Positions 11,001 through 17,789 of a DNA stretch of 64,000 nt are shown piece after piece. Location of the stretch: positions 3,631-67,630 of the forward strand of contig JAUSEN010000005.1 of the NCBI GenBank assembly GCA_030650025.1. Direction: 5' to 3'. The first letter of the stretch is position 1. Every line of letters begins with the position of its first letter. The DNA is from Candidatus Magasanikiibacteriota bacterium. Its GTDB lineage: Bacteria > Patescibacteriota > Patescibacteriia > Magasanikbacterales > GWA2-37-8. The translations under genes and the position numbers were made by a program. Below the pieces are notes generated by a model. That model saw only the letters and a list, made by a program, of their open reading frames with translations. It was not told the DNA's origin and searched no databases.

Positions 11001-11504
11001 AGGTGAAGCGGTGATTTGTTTTCTAGGGGTAAGAGTTTCACCAGCGACAGAAATTTCTAAATAAATGGTTTGGTTGTTTTGAAAAATACTAGAGTCGAGT
11101 GAATTAGTACCCGTGTCGCCAAGATTTATTGAAAATAGTCCGTTGGTTGGGGTGACATTGATTGTGCTGGTGGTAGGAAGAGTCCCGGAAGCCGTGTAGA
11201 GAGCCGTGCCGCCAGATGAAGCGCTGTATAAAACAAACTTCATGGCGACAGTAGTCGTGATAGCGAAGTTGCTCGAGTTTAACATTTTCCCTTGGTAAGT
11301 GATGAGGGCCGGGGCCGTGGCGGCGCGAGCAACAGAAGAATTGAAAATTGTCCCGCCGCGAGCGGGATCCCGCAGTGGCGGGAAAAATTGAAAAATTACA
11401 AATAACAAAATCACACCGATACCAAAAAATGACCGGCTTAACTTAACTTTTGCCCGACTTTTTTTCTGCATAAATATAACCTCAAAGCATTTTGCCAGAG
11501 GCAT
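5073..11504 (-). CDS. Giant (2143 aa) Thr/Ser/Gly-rich repetitive cell-surface protein, adhesin or fibre-like
   Basis: Single ORF. N-terminal signal/TM MQKKSRAKVKLSRSFFGIGVILLFVIFQFF; an alternative start is the ATG at 11471. Many internal protein repeats (TTTQxSSTITTANITTLNISxLTPTxLTWTNATGTN..., GNSYVRGSLVIGASSTPAYALDIQGTLGVS...). Cys-containing C-terminal domain followed by a Pro/Ala-rich tail. Confidence 0.8.
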   Translation of the reverse strand: MPLAKCFEVIFMQKKSRAKVKLSRSFFGIGVILLFVIFQFFPPLRDPARGGTIFNSSVARAATAPALITYQGKMLNSSNFAITTTVAMKFVLYSASSGGTALYTASGTLPTTSTINVTPTNGLFSINLGDTGTNSLDSSIFQNNQTIYLEISVAGETLTPRKQITASPFSFNSKYLDGVAATSSASTSTYIPISDSSGNFSLRNVTSTGLAITGTSTFPGSGIWGIGGVWGSSGKVGIGTTTPGYSLDIWGNGGGAGTRVRINDPTYAILTLGTPSIPFAANVAWDSGANALELKANSNAPSSTVDIYTNDIRRMIITASGTVGIGTASPGYTLDVQGTLGVSSTSTLATTTITASKPLLVNRILSTDAIATGITLQNQTFSPGGTHTAVDISPIYSAEDESHNAVRINAQQNGAAASLYSLDVYARKATAATTLTTMVAGAFNLVPTAGTITNGYNLVVQNQTGAGIFTNTAGLQIFNLSTVGGATSYGIHIDTQSANATTTRAINLSGVGVSNAIRMGGSANIYANAANNLRFADSTNVRGLDFNLTAAGDQTITSFGGGNIAFTTTTQTSSTITTANITTLNISALNPTSLTWTNATGTNLILTNATSTRLHVSGTSFTSDALLDFTTGRALTGSRYQIGRNTDGNLQFNVPAVNNGFRFSANGVPFMNISSTNITIGSDVVANPDGFEAISDLYINTTPVLTSGDDYGMVVYQLTDGSGTIANSLTGLFMQVGRVSDGATYTGGFTGGQFIAQAPSTGSVSSLIGVNAYVSTLGASVNDATGILGQVSLSGGAVTTSIALNGSISSSGGTHINAYGLYIAPISATAGTIANVYGARIEAPATGTTKWTLGVGTGNSYVRGSLVIGASSTPAYALDIQGTLGVSATSTFTTTTQVSSTITTANITTLNISSLTPTDLTWTNATGTNTILTNATATTFVVTGNEQINGALGLGTAPLTSAIFRIATTTALTGGTNVPGISNTVTVNSAANSGSYIADSSNLTTAGLGAVELSGSLIGSRGTAASAGDVASLIGSLEGLRGTVNISGGTVTSSYALRAQEIISAGTSTQMAGLYIPAITSSGGFIGTSYGFLIDAPGVGGTQWTAGIGTGNSYVRGSLVIGASSTPAYALDIQGTLGVSATSTFTTTTQASSTITNLHITTLADFGSATVTGLASADLSDTANIALLDANQTFTGNNTLSGLNTFSNTTTFTATTTFRTSTFSSSTITTANISTLNGTTILGTTFNGLTITNNGTNVLTIAAGKTLTANNSIAFTGTDSTTMTLPTVSATLAGLAIDQTFTGLNTFSNTTTFTATTTFTTTTQASSTITTANIGTLIFSSLGLVSSPVMRNATDTDTGIYFPSATAVGITTNGAERFSITDSAAILTQAARTSGTSTALTVIGGAHTSLTATAEVIDLDLAFNRTLQWAAGNVALQRAALLRAPTYSFTASSTISEAATFAVDRSPVVGSFATLTLAYTLGINSSGDNSAAEAAIGAAIVPPGIAAGKGAADLRIGLAVVAPGASSINLGNQTSTLTGFFPLYIASVGLAASSTRTITNVASAYILGAPSNIANVTFTNGPYAFWVDADTSRFDGSVTIGGTSSTPAAKLEVIDGAIMASGTTGATPGSGIGTRLMWIPAKAAFRAGQVTGDQWDDGNIGASSTALGYNTLASGNSAVVIGSSSTASGISSVAIGALTFANNTVATAIGYAVTASGVNSVGLGTNLTASATGSMALGNRITVSGENSFGIGVSSTVYSLSAANTFAVVGGRSLFGTTTLPTTTFQVYVDGGADTSPGLGVRGYIQASGFITASASLDLAELYPISMACYETNSCPEPGDAVCLTGGLPARIEKCGTAYSPKAIGIVSANPGFTLGGLDSSTTRKVALAGRVPLKILAANKVIRAGDRLTTSDIPGFAQKASEPGPTIAIAAEDYPSETSFEDGTILAFVNNSWAFPNGVLEATNTPPRTDGFWGTILQWLKQFGIEIEQGVLRVKEFFADKIHTQILCVGDTCVDESKLKDLLNNSALSPAVLDPLVTLPPSSPAPAPVLDSQPAPTTADPSVDLDSPNVATTTETVIIVTDTAAPAPTAPSLPPEPTEPVIAPEEAAAPAPAEPIAASIVEAISLPPAEPTPSPTLAPAPE
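8059..8182. repeat. 124-bp exact intragenic direct repeat, copy 1 (copy 2 at 8818..8941)
   Basis: Identical string gtggtggtggtgaacgtcgaagtagcggaaaccccaagcgtcccctgaatatcaagagcataggccggggtagagctagcgccaatcactaaactgccgcgtacatatgaattgcctgtgccaa found at both positions inside the giant gene. Confidence 0.85.
8818..8941. repeat. 124-bp exact intragenic direct repeat, copy 2
   Basis: See copy 1. The copies are 759 bp apart and in frame. Confidence 0.85.
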
Positions 11505-11772
11505 ACATTATTATAACACTTTTTCCGCCTTTAAACGACTTTAGTTTATCCACTTTTTGACGCTGTAAAATTTATACCGCTCACGGGAGATTTTTGGCTT
11601 AAAATAAAGAGACTTTGTGGAAAAAATTTAAATAAAATAAAAAATATCAATACGCCAATAATGATACAGCGCCCAGCCAGACCGCCCTCACTCTGGCCAG
11701 AATTATTTCTGGACAAAGTGAGATGCCCATTTTGAACGTGTTGGGCGCACGAGAAGAATTACGTGGATAAGG

Positions 11773-12465
11773 CTACGACCCGGCCTCGCGGGCAAGCGCC
11801 GACCACCACTCTTCCATCGCCGCCATCACTGCCATGAAGCCGGCCTGGAAGTCGTTCTTGGCTGACGGCGCGCCGAGCAGAGGCGCGGCGGCGAGCCGCA
11901 ACTCCTTTTCGTGGCTCGGCTCCCAGACCTTGAGGTGGTGGTCAAAAAAGGCCTTGGTTTCTGCCGCGAGCGGCCTCCCCGCCGCCAGGTACCGCACGAG
12001 GCTAAGCACTACCTCGAGTTCCGGAACCGCCGTGTCTTCCAAGGCATAGGCGGCGCCCACGGCGCGGTACGCGTTCTTGTTCCCAAGTTCCGCCAGCAGC
12101 CGCCGGATGAACCGATCGGTCGCGGCCGACTGGGTGTGCGCGTGCACATCGAACAAAAACTCCCGGCGCAGGGCGGTGGCGAGCAACTGATGGTGCGGCA
12201 CACCCTCCGAATCTGACCCCAACTCCTGCCCGATGTTGCGCGCGAGCTCGCGCGCCACGCCGTCCCAGCCCTGCCGAACGGCACCCTGCCGGGCGAGCCC
12301 GAGGAGGTGCGCGACGTGGCGCGTGAACGTCTGGTACTGCACGAGCGCGTGCTCCAGGTTGACCACGGCCTTGCCGCTCGCCACCGGGTTGGTCTTCAGC
12401 TTGAGAAACAGCACCGTCTTGAGCGTGAGCTGAAGCGAGCGGAAAAAGCTCTGGAGAGCTTCCAT
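11773..12465 (-). CDS. GC-rich hypothetical protein, possibly a haem-oxygenase-like/iron-containing redox enzyme fold (low confidence on function)
   Basis: ORF-track 11773..12540. The likely start is Met26 (MEALQSFF...), which is preceded by AGGAGA. Markedly higher GC than the flanks: about 65-70% by eye versus about 25% in the adjacent intergenic region. Confidence 0.5.
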   Translation of the reverse strand: MEALQSFFRSLQLTLKTVLFLKLKTNPVASGKAVVNLEHALVQYQTFTRHVAHLLGLARQGAVRQGWDGVARELARNIGQELGSDSEGVPHHQLLATALRREFLFDVHAHTQSAATDRFIRRLLAELGNKNAYRAVGAAYALEDTAVPELEVVLSLVRYLAAGRPLAAETKAFFDHHLKVWEPSHEKELRLAAAPLLGAPSAKNDFQAGFMAVMAAMEEWWSALAREAGS

Positions 12466-12663
12466 TGGTTTTTCTCCTGTCAAACAACCATCCCGCAGTT
12501 GCGGGCGCCACGACTGCATCGCACCATGCGACACTATCATCGTAACTTACGAGTCTACACTAATTTCTCTATTCTGTCAATCATTTCTATATCATTTTAT
12601 TGACATTTTAGTTTTTTACTTGACTATTAGCTAAAAGAATGATATAAAATAAATTGACAAACT

Positions 12664-13395
12664 ATGGTTTTGCAGGACCAACTAAAACAACTTGGCCTTA
12701 ACCACTCGGAAATTGTGGTCTATTTGTTTTTGTTAGAAAATGGCCTATCCACTCCCCCAATTGTTTCACATGGAACAAAAATTGCCCGGACTAACTGCTA
12801 TAACATTTTAAAAGAATTAAAAAATAAAGACCTAGTAACCGAACAAGCGGCTGGCAAGCGTAAGGCCTATTTAGCCCATGACCCAGAGTCTTTGCTACAC
12901 GGGCTGGAGAGGAAACGCGAAATTATTAGCCAGATTCTGCCCGATCTGCGCGGCCTGTTTACCACCCAAAAAAACAAGCCAAAAATAAGGTTTTTTGATG
13001 GCATAGAACAAGTGCGGCAAATCTACTTAGCCAGCTTGGAGGCTAAACAGATTTATGGCTTTACTTCCATGAACCAGTTCCTAGATGTCTTCAAAAAACC
13101 TGGTCTGGATTATCTAACAGAACTGGCTAAAAGAAAGATATTTTTTAACGATGTCCTGTCTCATACATCCCGGGCATATGGCGCTCCCGAGATGAAAAAA
13201 ATTCTTGGAGGGCTTTATACATATCATTTTTTGCCCCCAGAATACAAAGAATTCCCAACTGATATGATAATTTGGGACGACAACATCGCTTTGTTAACAC
13301 TTAATGAGCCTGTGTTTGGTACCATTTTAACTAACAAAACCATGGCTAACACCTTTAAAATTATCCACCAAGTTATGTGGAATGCGACTAATTAA
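12664..13395 (+). CDS. TrmB-family (winged-helix) transcriptional regulator, paralog 1
   Basis: N-terminus LGLNHSEIVVYLFLLENGLSTPPIVSHGTKIARTNCYNILKELKNKDLV is a TrmB-type HTH. Three further paralogs lie in the window. Confidence 0.65.
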   Translation: MVLQDQLKQLGLNHSEIVVYLFLLENGLSTPPIVSHGTKIARTNCYNILKELKNKDLVTEQAAGKRKAYLAHDPESLLHGLERKREIISQILPDLRGLFTTQKNKPKIRFFDGIEQVRQIYLASLEAKQIYGFTSMNQFLDVFKKPGLDYLTELAKRKIFFNDVLSHTSRAYGAPEMKKILGGLYTYHFLPPEYKEFPTDMIIWDDNIALLTLNEPVFGTILTNKTMANTFKIIHQVMWNATN

Positions 13396-13593
13396 ATTGT
13401 TCGTTGTGAAACATTTAGCGAGAATTTATTTGAAATAGGCTAATATTAGAAAAATACACATTTTATTTGTATAGAATAGTGTATACAATATCCACAGTTA
13501 GGGTGGTTTATGCACTAAGTTATCCACAGGGTCATTCGACCCTGCAAGCAGGCTACTCTGAATACAGAAGATGCATGTTGAAAAATTAACTGA

Positions 13594-13622
13594 TTGACAA
13601 AACGTGTTTTTTGTGCTATACT
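13594..13622 (+). promoter_or_regulatory. Sigma-70-like promoter: TTGACA, 17-nt spacer, TATACT
   Basis: ttgacaaaacgtgttttttgtgctatact at 13594-13622. Confidence 0.5.
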
Positions 13623-13719
13623 TACTCTTGTAAGCTTATATTCCCTGGATACAGGGAAGTAACCCTGGGGCAAAGTTTGTAGCGCCAATGCTATAGACAT
13701 TAATTTTTAACATGGCAAT

Positions 13720-13854
13720 ATGTCGCAATTAGTAAATCATGTTAATCAAAGCCTCAAAGCCGCCGAGTATCAACTCTCGGTGACAGTCTACGCCATCTCA
13801 ATGGCATGGGTTCTCGGGTTTTTAGTGCCAACCGTGGCACTGATGTACTCGTAA
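13720..13854 (+). CDS. Candidate 44-aa small membrane protein (MSQLVNHVNQSLKAAEYQLSVTVYAISMAWVLGFLVPTVALMYS)
   Basis: Short ORF below the ORF-track cutoff. It sits between a consensus promoter (13594) and a hairpin+T terminator (13903-13928). Hydrophobic C-terminal half; no clear RBS. Confidence 0.3.
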   Translation: MSQLVNHVNQSLKAAEYQLSVTVYAISMAWVLGFLVPTVALMYS

Positions 13855-13902
13855 CTTGTGCTGATATGAGATAAGCAGAAAAATAAAATTTATACCGCTA
13901 CC

Positions 13903-13928
13903 AAAAATCCCGACAGAATCGGGATTTT
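13903..13928 (+). terminator. Rho-independent terminator-like hairpin (tcccgacagaatcggga followed by tttt)
   Basis: 6-bp stem with 5-nt loop and a T-run; a preceding A-run makes it potentially bidirectional. Confidence 0.45.
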
Positions 13929-14034
13929 CGTGTATATGCGTGTGAATAAATAATGTGAACCAATTATTTTGAGTTTACCCCGCGTAACAGAGTGAAGCAG
14001 GAGGATTTTCGTGTTTTTAGCCAAAAAAATGACC

Positions 14035-14063
14035 TTGACTTTTTGGCTAAAATATGCTATAAT
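14035..14063 (+). promoter_or_regulatory. Sigma-70-like promoter (TTGACT, 17-nt spacer, TATAAT) embedded in an 11-bp inverted repeat
   Basis: ttgactttttggctaaaatatgctataat. The flanking ttagccaaaaa / tttttggctaa arms surround the -35 box. Lies 129 nt upstream of the 14192 gene. Confidence 0.5.
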
Positions 14064-14191
14064 ATCTTTGTTAGATTAAGATCTTAGTCGTCGCAAGCGC
14101 TATTTTTTGAATTAGGGAGGGGCCTCTAAATGGGAGGAATCTCTGGTTTGAGATAGGGCGGAACTTCGATAAAATTGATCTTAATTTTTTT

Positions 14192-15700
14192 ATGTCTTCA
14201 TTTATAAATTCACTTGAAAATTGGCTTAAAACTCACCACACATATATATCAACGAGCGTACTGGCTCTTTCTGTCATTGCCACTCTGGGGCTGATCTCGC
14301 CAACCTTTTTGGTTCTGGCTCAAGAACTGCCGGCTACGACAGCGCCTACTGTTTCGTTGGATTCTACAGCCGGTACAGCGCCTCTGCCAGCGCCCGAAAC
14401 TGGAGCCGGCACAGCGACCCAACCGACTCTGGTTGATAATGTGCCACCCTTCTCGGAACCAATATCGCCAGAAGCGGCTGACCATGGGCGTACTGAAGAA
14501 GCGCCCCAGCCTGACCAGCCGTGGTCAGGAGAGAAGCCGCCAGAATCGTCTTTTAATAACAATCGGCCTCCTATAATGCCGGGAACACCGGAACAAAAAG
14601 ATTCTCGCGGAGAATTCCGCGGGTCACAACCAGGCATGAGTGGGCAACAAAATTTTGGCCCTCCCAATGGTGGTGGCCGAAGCGGCCCGGGGGGTGAAAT
14701 GGATGAAGCCAAAATGGCAGCGGAACAAAAACGCCGCGAGGCCCAGCAACTTAAAGGCATGAAGCAGGGTTTGCGGGGTATGGAAAATGGTTTAAAAATG
14801 TTTAAACGGCAAGTGGACCGCCTTGTGAAACAAAAATTAGGCGTGCCTCTAGAAATTAGCGCGACTATCAGCAAAATTGAAACCGCTATAGCCGCGGTAA
14901 AAGCCGCGGAAACATTAGAAGACGCTCAAGCCGCCGGATTAGAGGATATTATGGAGGAAATGCAGAAACTCCATGAGTATCAGGAGATTCTGGAAAAATT
15001 GTCGCGTTGGCCCCAGGCTGTGCGCCAGGTTGACCAGCAGGTTAAACAGCTGGAACGCCAGTTGCGCCAAGATAAAATTTTAGCTACTCGTCTTACCAAA
15101 AGTGGGTTTGATGTCAGTGATGAGCTGGGTAAATTTGAGTCTGGTATTCATGATATTAAGGCTCGGCGCGACCAAGCTAGCGCTCTTATTAGCACTAGCC
15201 CAGACGAAGCTTTTGAGACCTTAGAAAGTGTTTACGAAAAGTTTGATGAGGTCTTAGAGCCAGATCGCGTTATAAAAATGCTCTCTAACCTCGGCCGCTT
15301 TAATGCGGACTTCAAACGCGGCATTACCCAAGCCGAGAGGGATATTAAAGTTCTCAAGGCCAAAAAATTAGACACGACTGTTTTGGCTGGCTATTTAGCC
15401 GAAGCCAAAAATAAGGGCAAAGAGATTCTGGCTCTCATGAAAACCCGGCCTCTTGATGCGGACGCGATTATGATAGCGTTCCAAGAGCTGGATGATATTC
15501 GCCAGGCGTTTGACGAGAACAAAGCCGAGTTGACCGGCGCAGACGAGGACCTGCCTTGGGAAAAAGGCCCCGCCCAATTTAACTTTAATAATCTTTCCAC
15601 AAAGGGAATATCATCGTATGTTACTCCTAAGGCGGAAATGATGGGCGGCGGCGAAAAATTCGGGCCGTCCGGTGGAAACTTCAATAATGGTGGCTTCTAA
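14192..15700 (+). CDS. Membrane-anchored coiled-coil hypothetical protein with a Pro/Gly-rich low-complexity linker
   Basis: 502 aa. N-terminal TM helix (YISTSVLALSVIATLGLISPTFLVLA), a P/G/Q-rich region, then long heptad-like charged segments. Confidence 0.6.
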   Translation: MSSFINSLENWLKTHHTYISTSVLALSVIATLGLISPTFLVLAQELPATTAPTVSLDSTAGTAPLPAPETGAGTATQPTLVDNVPPFSEPISPEAADHGRTEEAPQPDQPWSGEKPPESSFNNNRPPIMPGTPEQKDSRGEFRGSQPGMSGQQNFGPPNGGGRSGPGGEMDEAKMAAEQKRREAQQLKGMKQGLRGMENGLKMFKRQVDRLVKQKLGVPLEISATISKIETAIAAVKAAETLEDAQAAGLEDIMEEMQKLHEYQEILEKLSRWPQAVRQVDQQVKQLERQLRQDKILATRLTKSGFDVSDELGKFESGIHDIKARRDQASALISTSPDEAFETLESVYEKFDEVLEPDRVIKMLSNLGRFNADFKRGITQAERDIKVLKAKKLDTTVLAGYLAEAKNKGKEILALMKTRPLDADAIMIAFQELDDIRQAFDENKAELTGADEDLPWEKGPAQFNFNNLSTKGISSYVTPKAEMMGGGEKFGPSGGNFNNGGF

Positions 15701-15727
15701 AAAATTAATAATACAGCACATTTAAAA

Positions 15728-15758
15728 CTCCCCTGACACAATGTCAGGGGAGTTTTTT
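15728..15758 (+). terminator. Rho-independent terminator
   Basis: ctcccctgacacaatgtcaggggag followed by tttttt, immediately after the stop of the 14192..15700 gene. Confidence 0.7.
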
Positions 15759-15760
15759 GG

Positions 15761-15850
15761 TGGACCTAGCCAGCCCCGCACCACGCTGGGTGCGGGGTAA
15801 AAATCGAACTGCCGTCCCGGCAATGCGCCCCGACGTAAAGTCGGGGTAAA
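15761..15850 (-). pseudogene. tRNA-Ala-like 3' partial duplicate (anticodon loop to CCA) with GC-rich hairpin insertions
   Basis: Minus-strand reading ...GCGCATTGCCGGGACGGCAGTTCGATT[TTTACCCCGCACCCAGCGTGGTGCGGGG]CTGGCTAGGTCCACCA matches the 3' part of the adjacent tRNA-Ala(CGC). It carries a 27-nt hairpin in the T-arm, and a second hairpin CCCCGACTTTACGTCGGGG lies just 5'. There is no 5' acceptor strand. Confidence 0.45.
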
Positions 15851-15865
15851 AATGCCTTTGTGTTG

Positions 15866-15936
15866 TGGACCTAGCCAGAATCGGACTGGCGCTTCGGCAA
15901 TGCGAATGCCGCGTCATACCACTAGACCATAGGCCC
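15866..15936 (-). tRNA. tRNA-Ala (anticodon CGC)
   Basis: Hand fold of GGGCCTATGGTCTAGTGGTATGACGCGGCATTCGCATTGCCGAAGCGCCAGTCCGATTCTGGCTAGGTCCA. It has the G3:U70 Ala identity pair, anticodon stem CGGCA/TGCCG, loop TTCGCAT and T-loop TCCGATT. Confidence 0.75.
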
Positions 15937-15980
15937 GAAAGTTTTTTCATTATACCTGATAACTGGTTTAAATCAAGTTG

Positions 15981-16052
15981 TGGCCCCGGCGCGAATCGAA
16001 CGCACATCCAACCCTTAGGACGGGCTTGTTTTATCCATTAAACTACAGGGCC
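15981..16052 (-). tRNA. tRNA-Arg (anticodon CCU)
   Basis: Hand fold of GGCCCTGTAGTTTAATGGATAAAACAAGCCCGTCCTAAGGGTTGGATGTGCGTTCGATTCGCGCCGGGGCCA. D-stem GTTT/AAAC, anticodon loop GTCCTAA, T-loop TTCGATT. Confidence 0.7.
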
Positions 16053-16057
16053 AAATT

Positions 16058-16837
16058 TTATTTTCTTATTGGTTTTGAATATCGCCACGCCATCTCAAAT
16101 AACCCTTTAAGGATGTTGGCGAGCGCTTGGCTCTCAATTAACACGCCCATACGGTTTGGCTGCTGCAACAGCGCCAGCGCGACCCTGTTATCGTAAATAT
16201 TAATTTCACCTCCGAACTCTAAAATACCAGGGAGGTCGCTCGGTTTAATCCACCGAAAGTCGGTATATTTTTTGGAACCGCGGTAGTGGTGCATCCACTC
16301 TCTCCCGGATGGCGTATCGAGAAACAAAATCCGCTCATGAATTTTTCGTGCGCTGCGCTCGCGGTTATAACCCTTTCCCCAGGCCCTTAATTCCTCGCTA
16401 TTCCAACCCTCGATATCTAGAATAGAAAAAATTTCACCTTTGGCTTCGAGCGTCTCAGAGAAAATATTTTTGATTCCGAGCACACCCTCCTGATAACGAA
16501 TAGTTGGCTTCTCCGCAATCTTATACAATGAAACTAATTCTGGCAAGAGCCGCTCCGCCTCTTTACTACGGCGCGCCCATTGGTTCTCGCGATTTTTTAC
16601 ATACTGCAAAAGGCTCCGAGGGTGGTTGGCCGAATATTTAATTTTAGCGCCCGCGCCCGACACGCGGTCCACTAAGCCGTGGAGAGCCAGGCGCTCCAGC
16701 ACATCATAGCCGAGGGTGCGGGTGATATTGGCTTTGGCAGTAATTTCCGAAACTGTTGCTGGCCCCAATGCCAAGAGAGCTTCATAGACACGAGCTTCGC
16801 TTTCTTCGAGCCCAATATTTTTTAGATTGGTCGGCAT
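16058..16837 (-). CDS. TrmB-family transcriptional regulator, paralog 2
   Basis: N-terminus LEESEARVYEALLALGPATVSEITAKANITRTLGYDVLERLALHGLV. Confidence 0.65.
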   Translation of the reverse strand: MPTNLKNIGLEESEARVYEALLALGPATVSEITAKANITRTLGYDVLERLALHGLVDRVSGAGAKIKYSANHPRSLLQYVKNRENQWARRSKEAERLLPELVSLYKIAEKPTIRYQEGVLGIKNIFSETLEAKGEIFSILDIEGWNSEELRAWGKGYNRERSARKIHERILFLDTPSGREWMHHYRGSKKYTDFRWIKPSDLPGILEFGGEINIYDNRVALALLQQPNRMGVLIESQALANILKGLFEMAWRYSKPIRK

Positions 16838-17048
16838 ACTATAAAACAGTGTACCACTGGGTGGTGAATTGTGTCAATCTAAATTTACAATAATTATTTT
16901 ATTACTAATTTATTGCTAACATTAGAGGTTGCTTATTACTAATTTTGTGTGCTGATATTCACAATATTATTAAATTTAGCTACAGTAACACTCGTTATTC
17001 TACAACTTCGCGAATTGTCGCGAGGGAGGATTAACAGGCTATCAGGAG

Positions 17049-17789
17049 GTGGCCATGCGCAAAGTTTTTAATGAAAAGAACCACGTGCGTTTCGAGCTTC
17101 TGCGCGATTGGAGGTGGCAGAGGGACTTCGTGAGGAAGCGTACCAAAACGCAGGAAGCTATGCTGGCGCATATGAGTGAGTGCGGCAAATGCATCTTAAC
17201 CTACATGCAGTGGTTCCCGTACGAGTTCAACCGGCGTCGGGTGCTCTACCCGAAGCACGGATACCGTCGCGGCGGCCACGTCATTTGGGAGGTCCTTAAA
17301 GAGAGGGTTTATTTCGCTGACACGCTTGAGCCCGCGCAGGAAGCGCAGATCGTGGAGCATCTCTCGAAATGCGTACCGTGTCGCGCCTTCGCGGAGAGTG
17401 AAGAACAGCGACAGAGGCAGAGCGCCTCATGCCTTCGGCAGGAGCCCTCGAACATTAACCACTACGCGATTCGGATCCCGTTCGAGATCGAGGGGCGATG
17501 CTTCGAGGCGGTCGGGTTCCTCCGCAACGATGAGGCTGCGGTATACAACCGAGAGGCATTCGTCCGTACGGCTGGCGAGAACGGTGGTCCCATCAAGGAG
17601 GAAGACGAAGCATTCCTCCTGAAGCATTGCGCCCAGATTCCCTGGAAGCTGCGTCCCTACTGGCTCATCACCGCCAAAGGCACCAACCTGTGCCGACACG
17701 GCACGCATAACTACTGCGATGGGCGCAATTTTAGTTGGCAAGGCGCCATGCTCAAAGAAAGAGACCTCGTGGTGCGCCGCGTTCGATAG
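17049..17789 (+). CDS. GC-rich hypothetical protein with a zf-HC2-like (anti-sigma-factor-type HxxxCxxC) motif
   Basis: 246 aa. FADTLEPAQEAQIVEHLSKCVPCRAF matches the anti-sigma zinc-finger pattern; a CGKC motif lies upstream. GC is visibly higher than the surroundings. Confidence 0.45.
   Translation: MAMRKVFNEKNHVRFELLRDWRWQRDFVRKRTKTQEAMLAHMSECGKCILTYMQWFPYEFNRRRVLYPKHGYRRGGHVIWEVLKERVYFADTLEPAQEAQIVEHLSKCVPCRAFAESEEQRQRQSASCLRQEPSNINHYAIRIPFEIEGRCFEAVGFLRNDEAAVYNREAFVRTAGENGGPIKEEDEAFLLKHCAQIPWKLRPYWLITAKGTNLCRHGTHNYCDGRNFSWQGAMLKERDLVVRRVR

Noticed and set aside
12002-12511. Overlapping ORFs of 60-170 aa on both strands in alternative frames inside the GC-rich gene
   Set aside because: High GC produces long spurious open frames. 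Only the 11773..12465 frame has a plausible RBS and a non-repetitive protein.
14124-14150. 8-codon leader-peptide-like mini-ORF (MGGISGLR) with the upstream AGGGAGGGG in the 5' UTR of the 14192 gene
   Set aside because: Too short and unsupported to call. Noted only because of the strong RBS-like sequence.
15744-16196. ORFs 15744..16007(-) and 15978..16196(+)
   Set aside because: They overlap two hand-folded tRNA genes and a tRNA remnant. The translations are Arg/Pro/Gly-rich noise.
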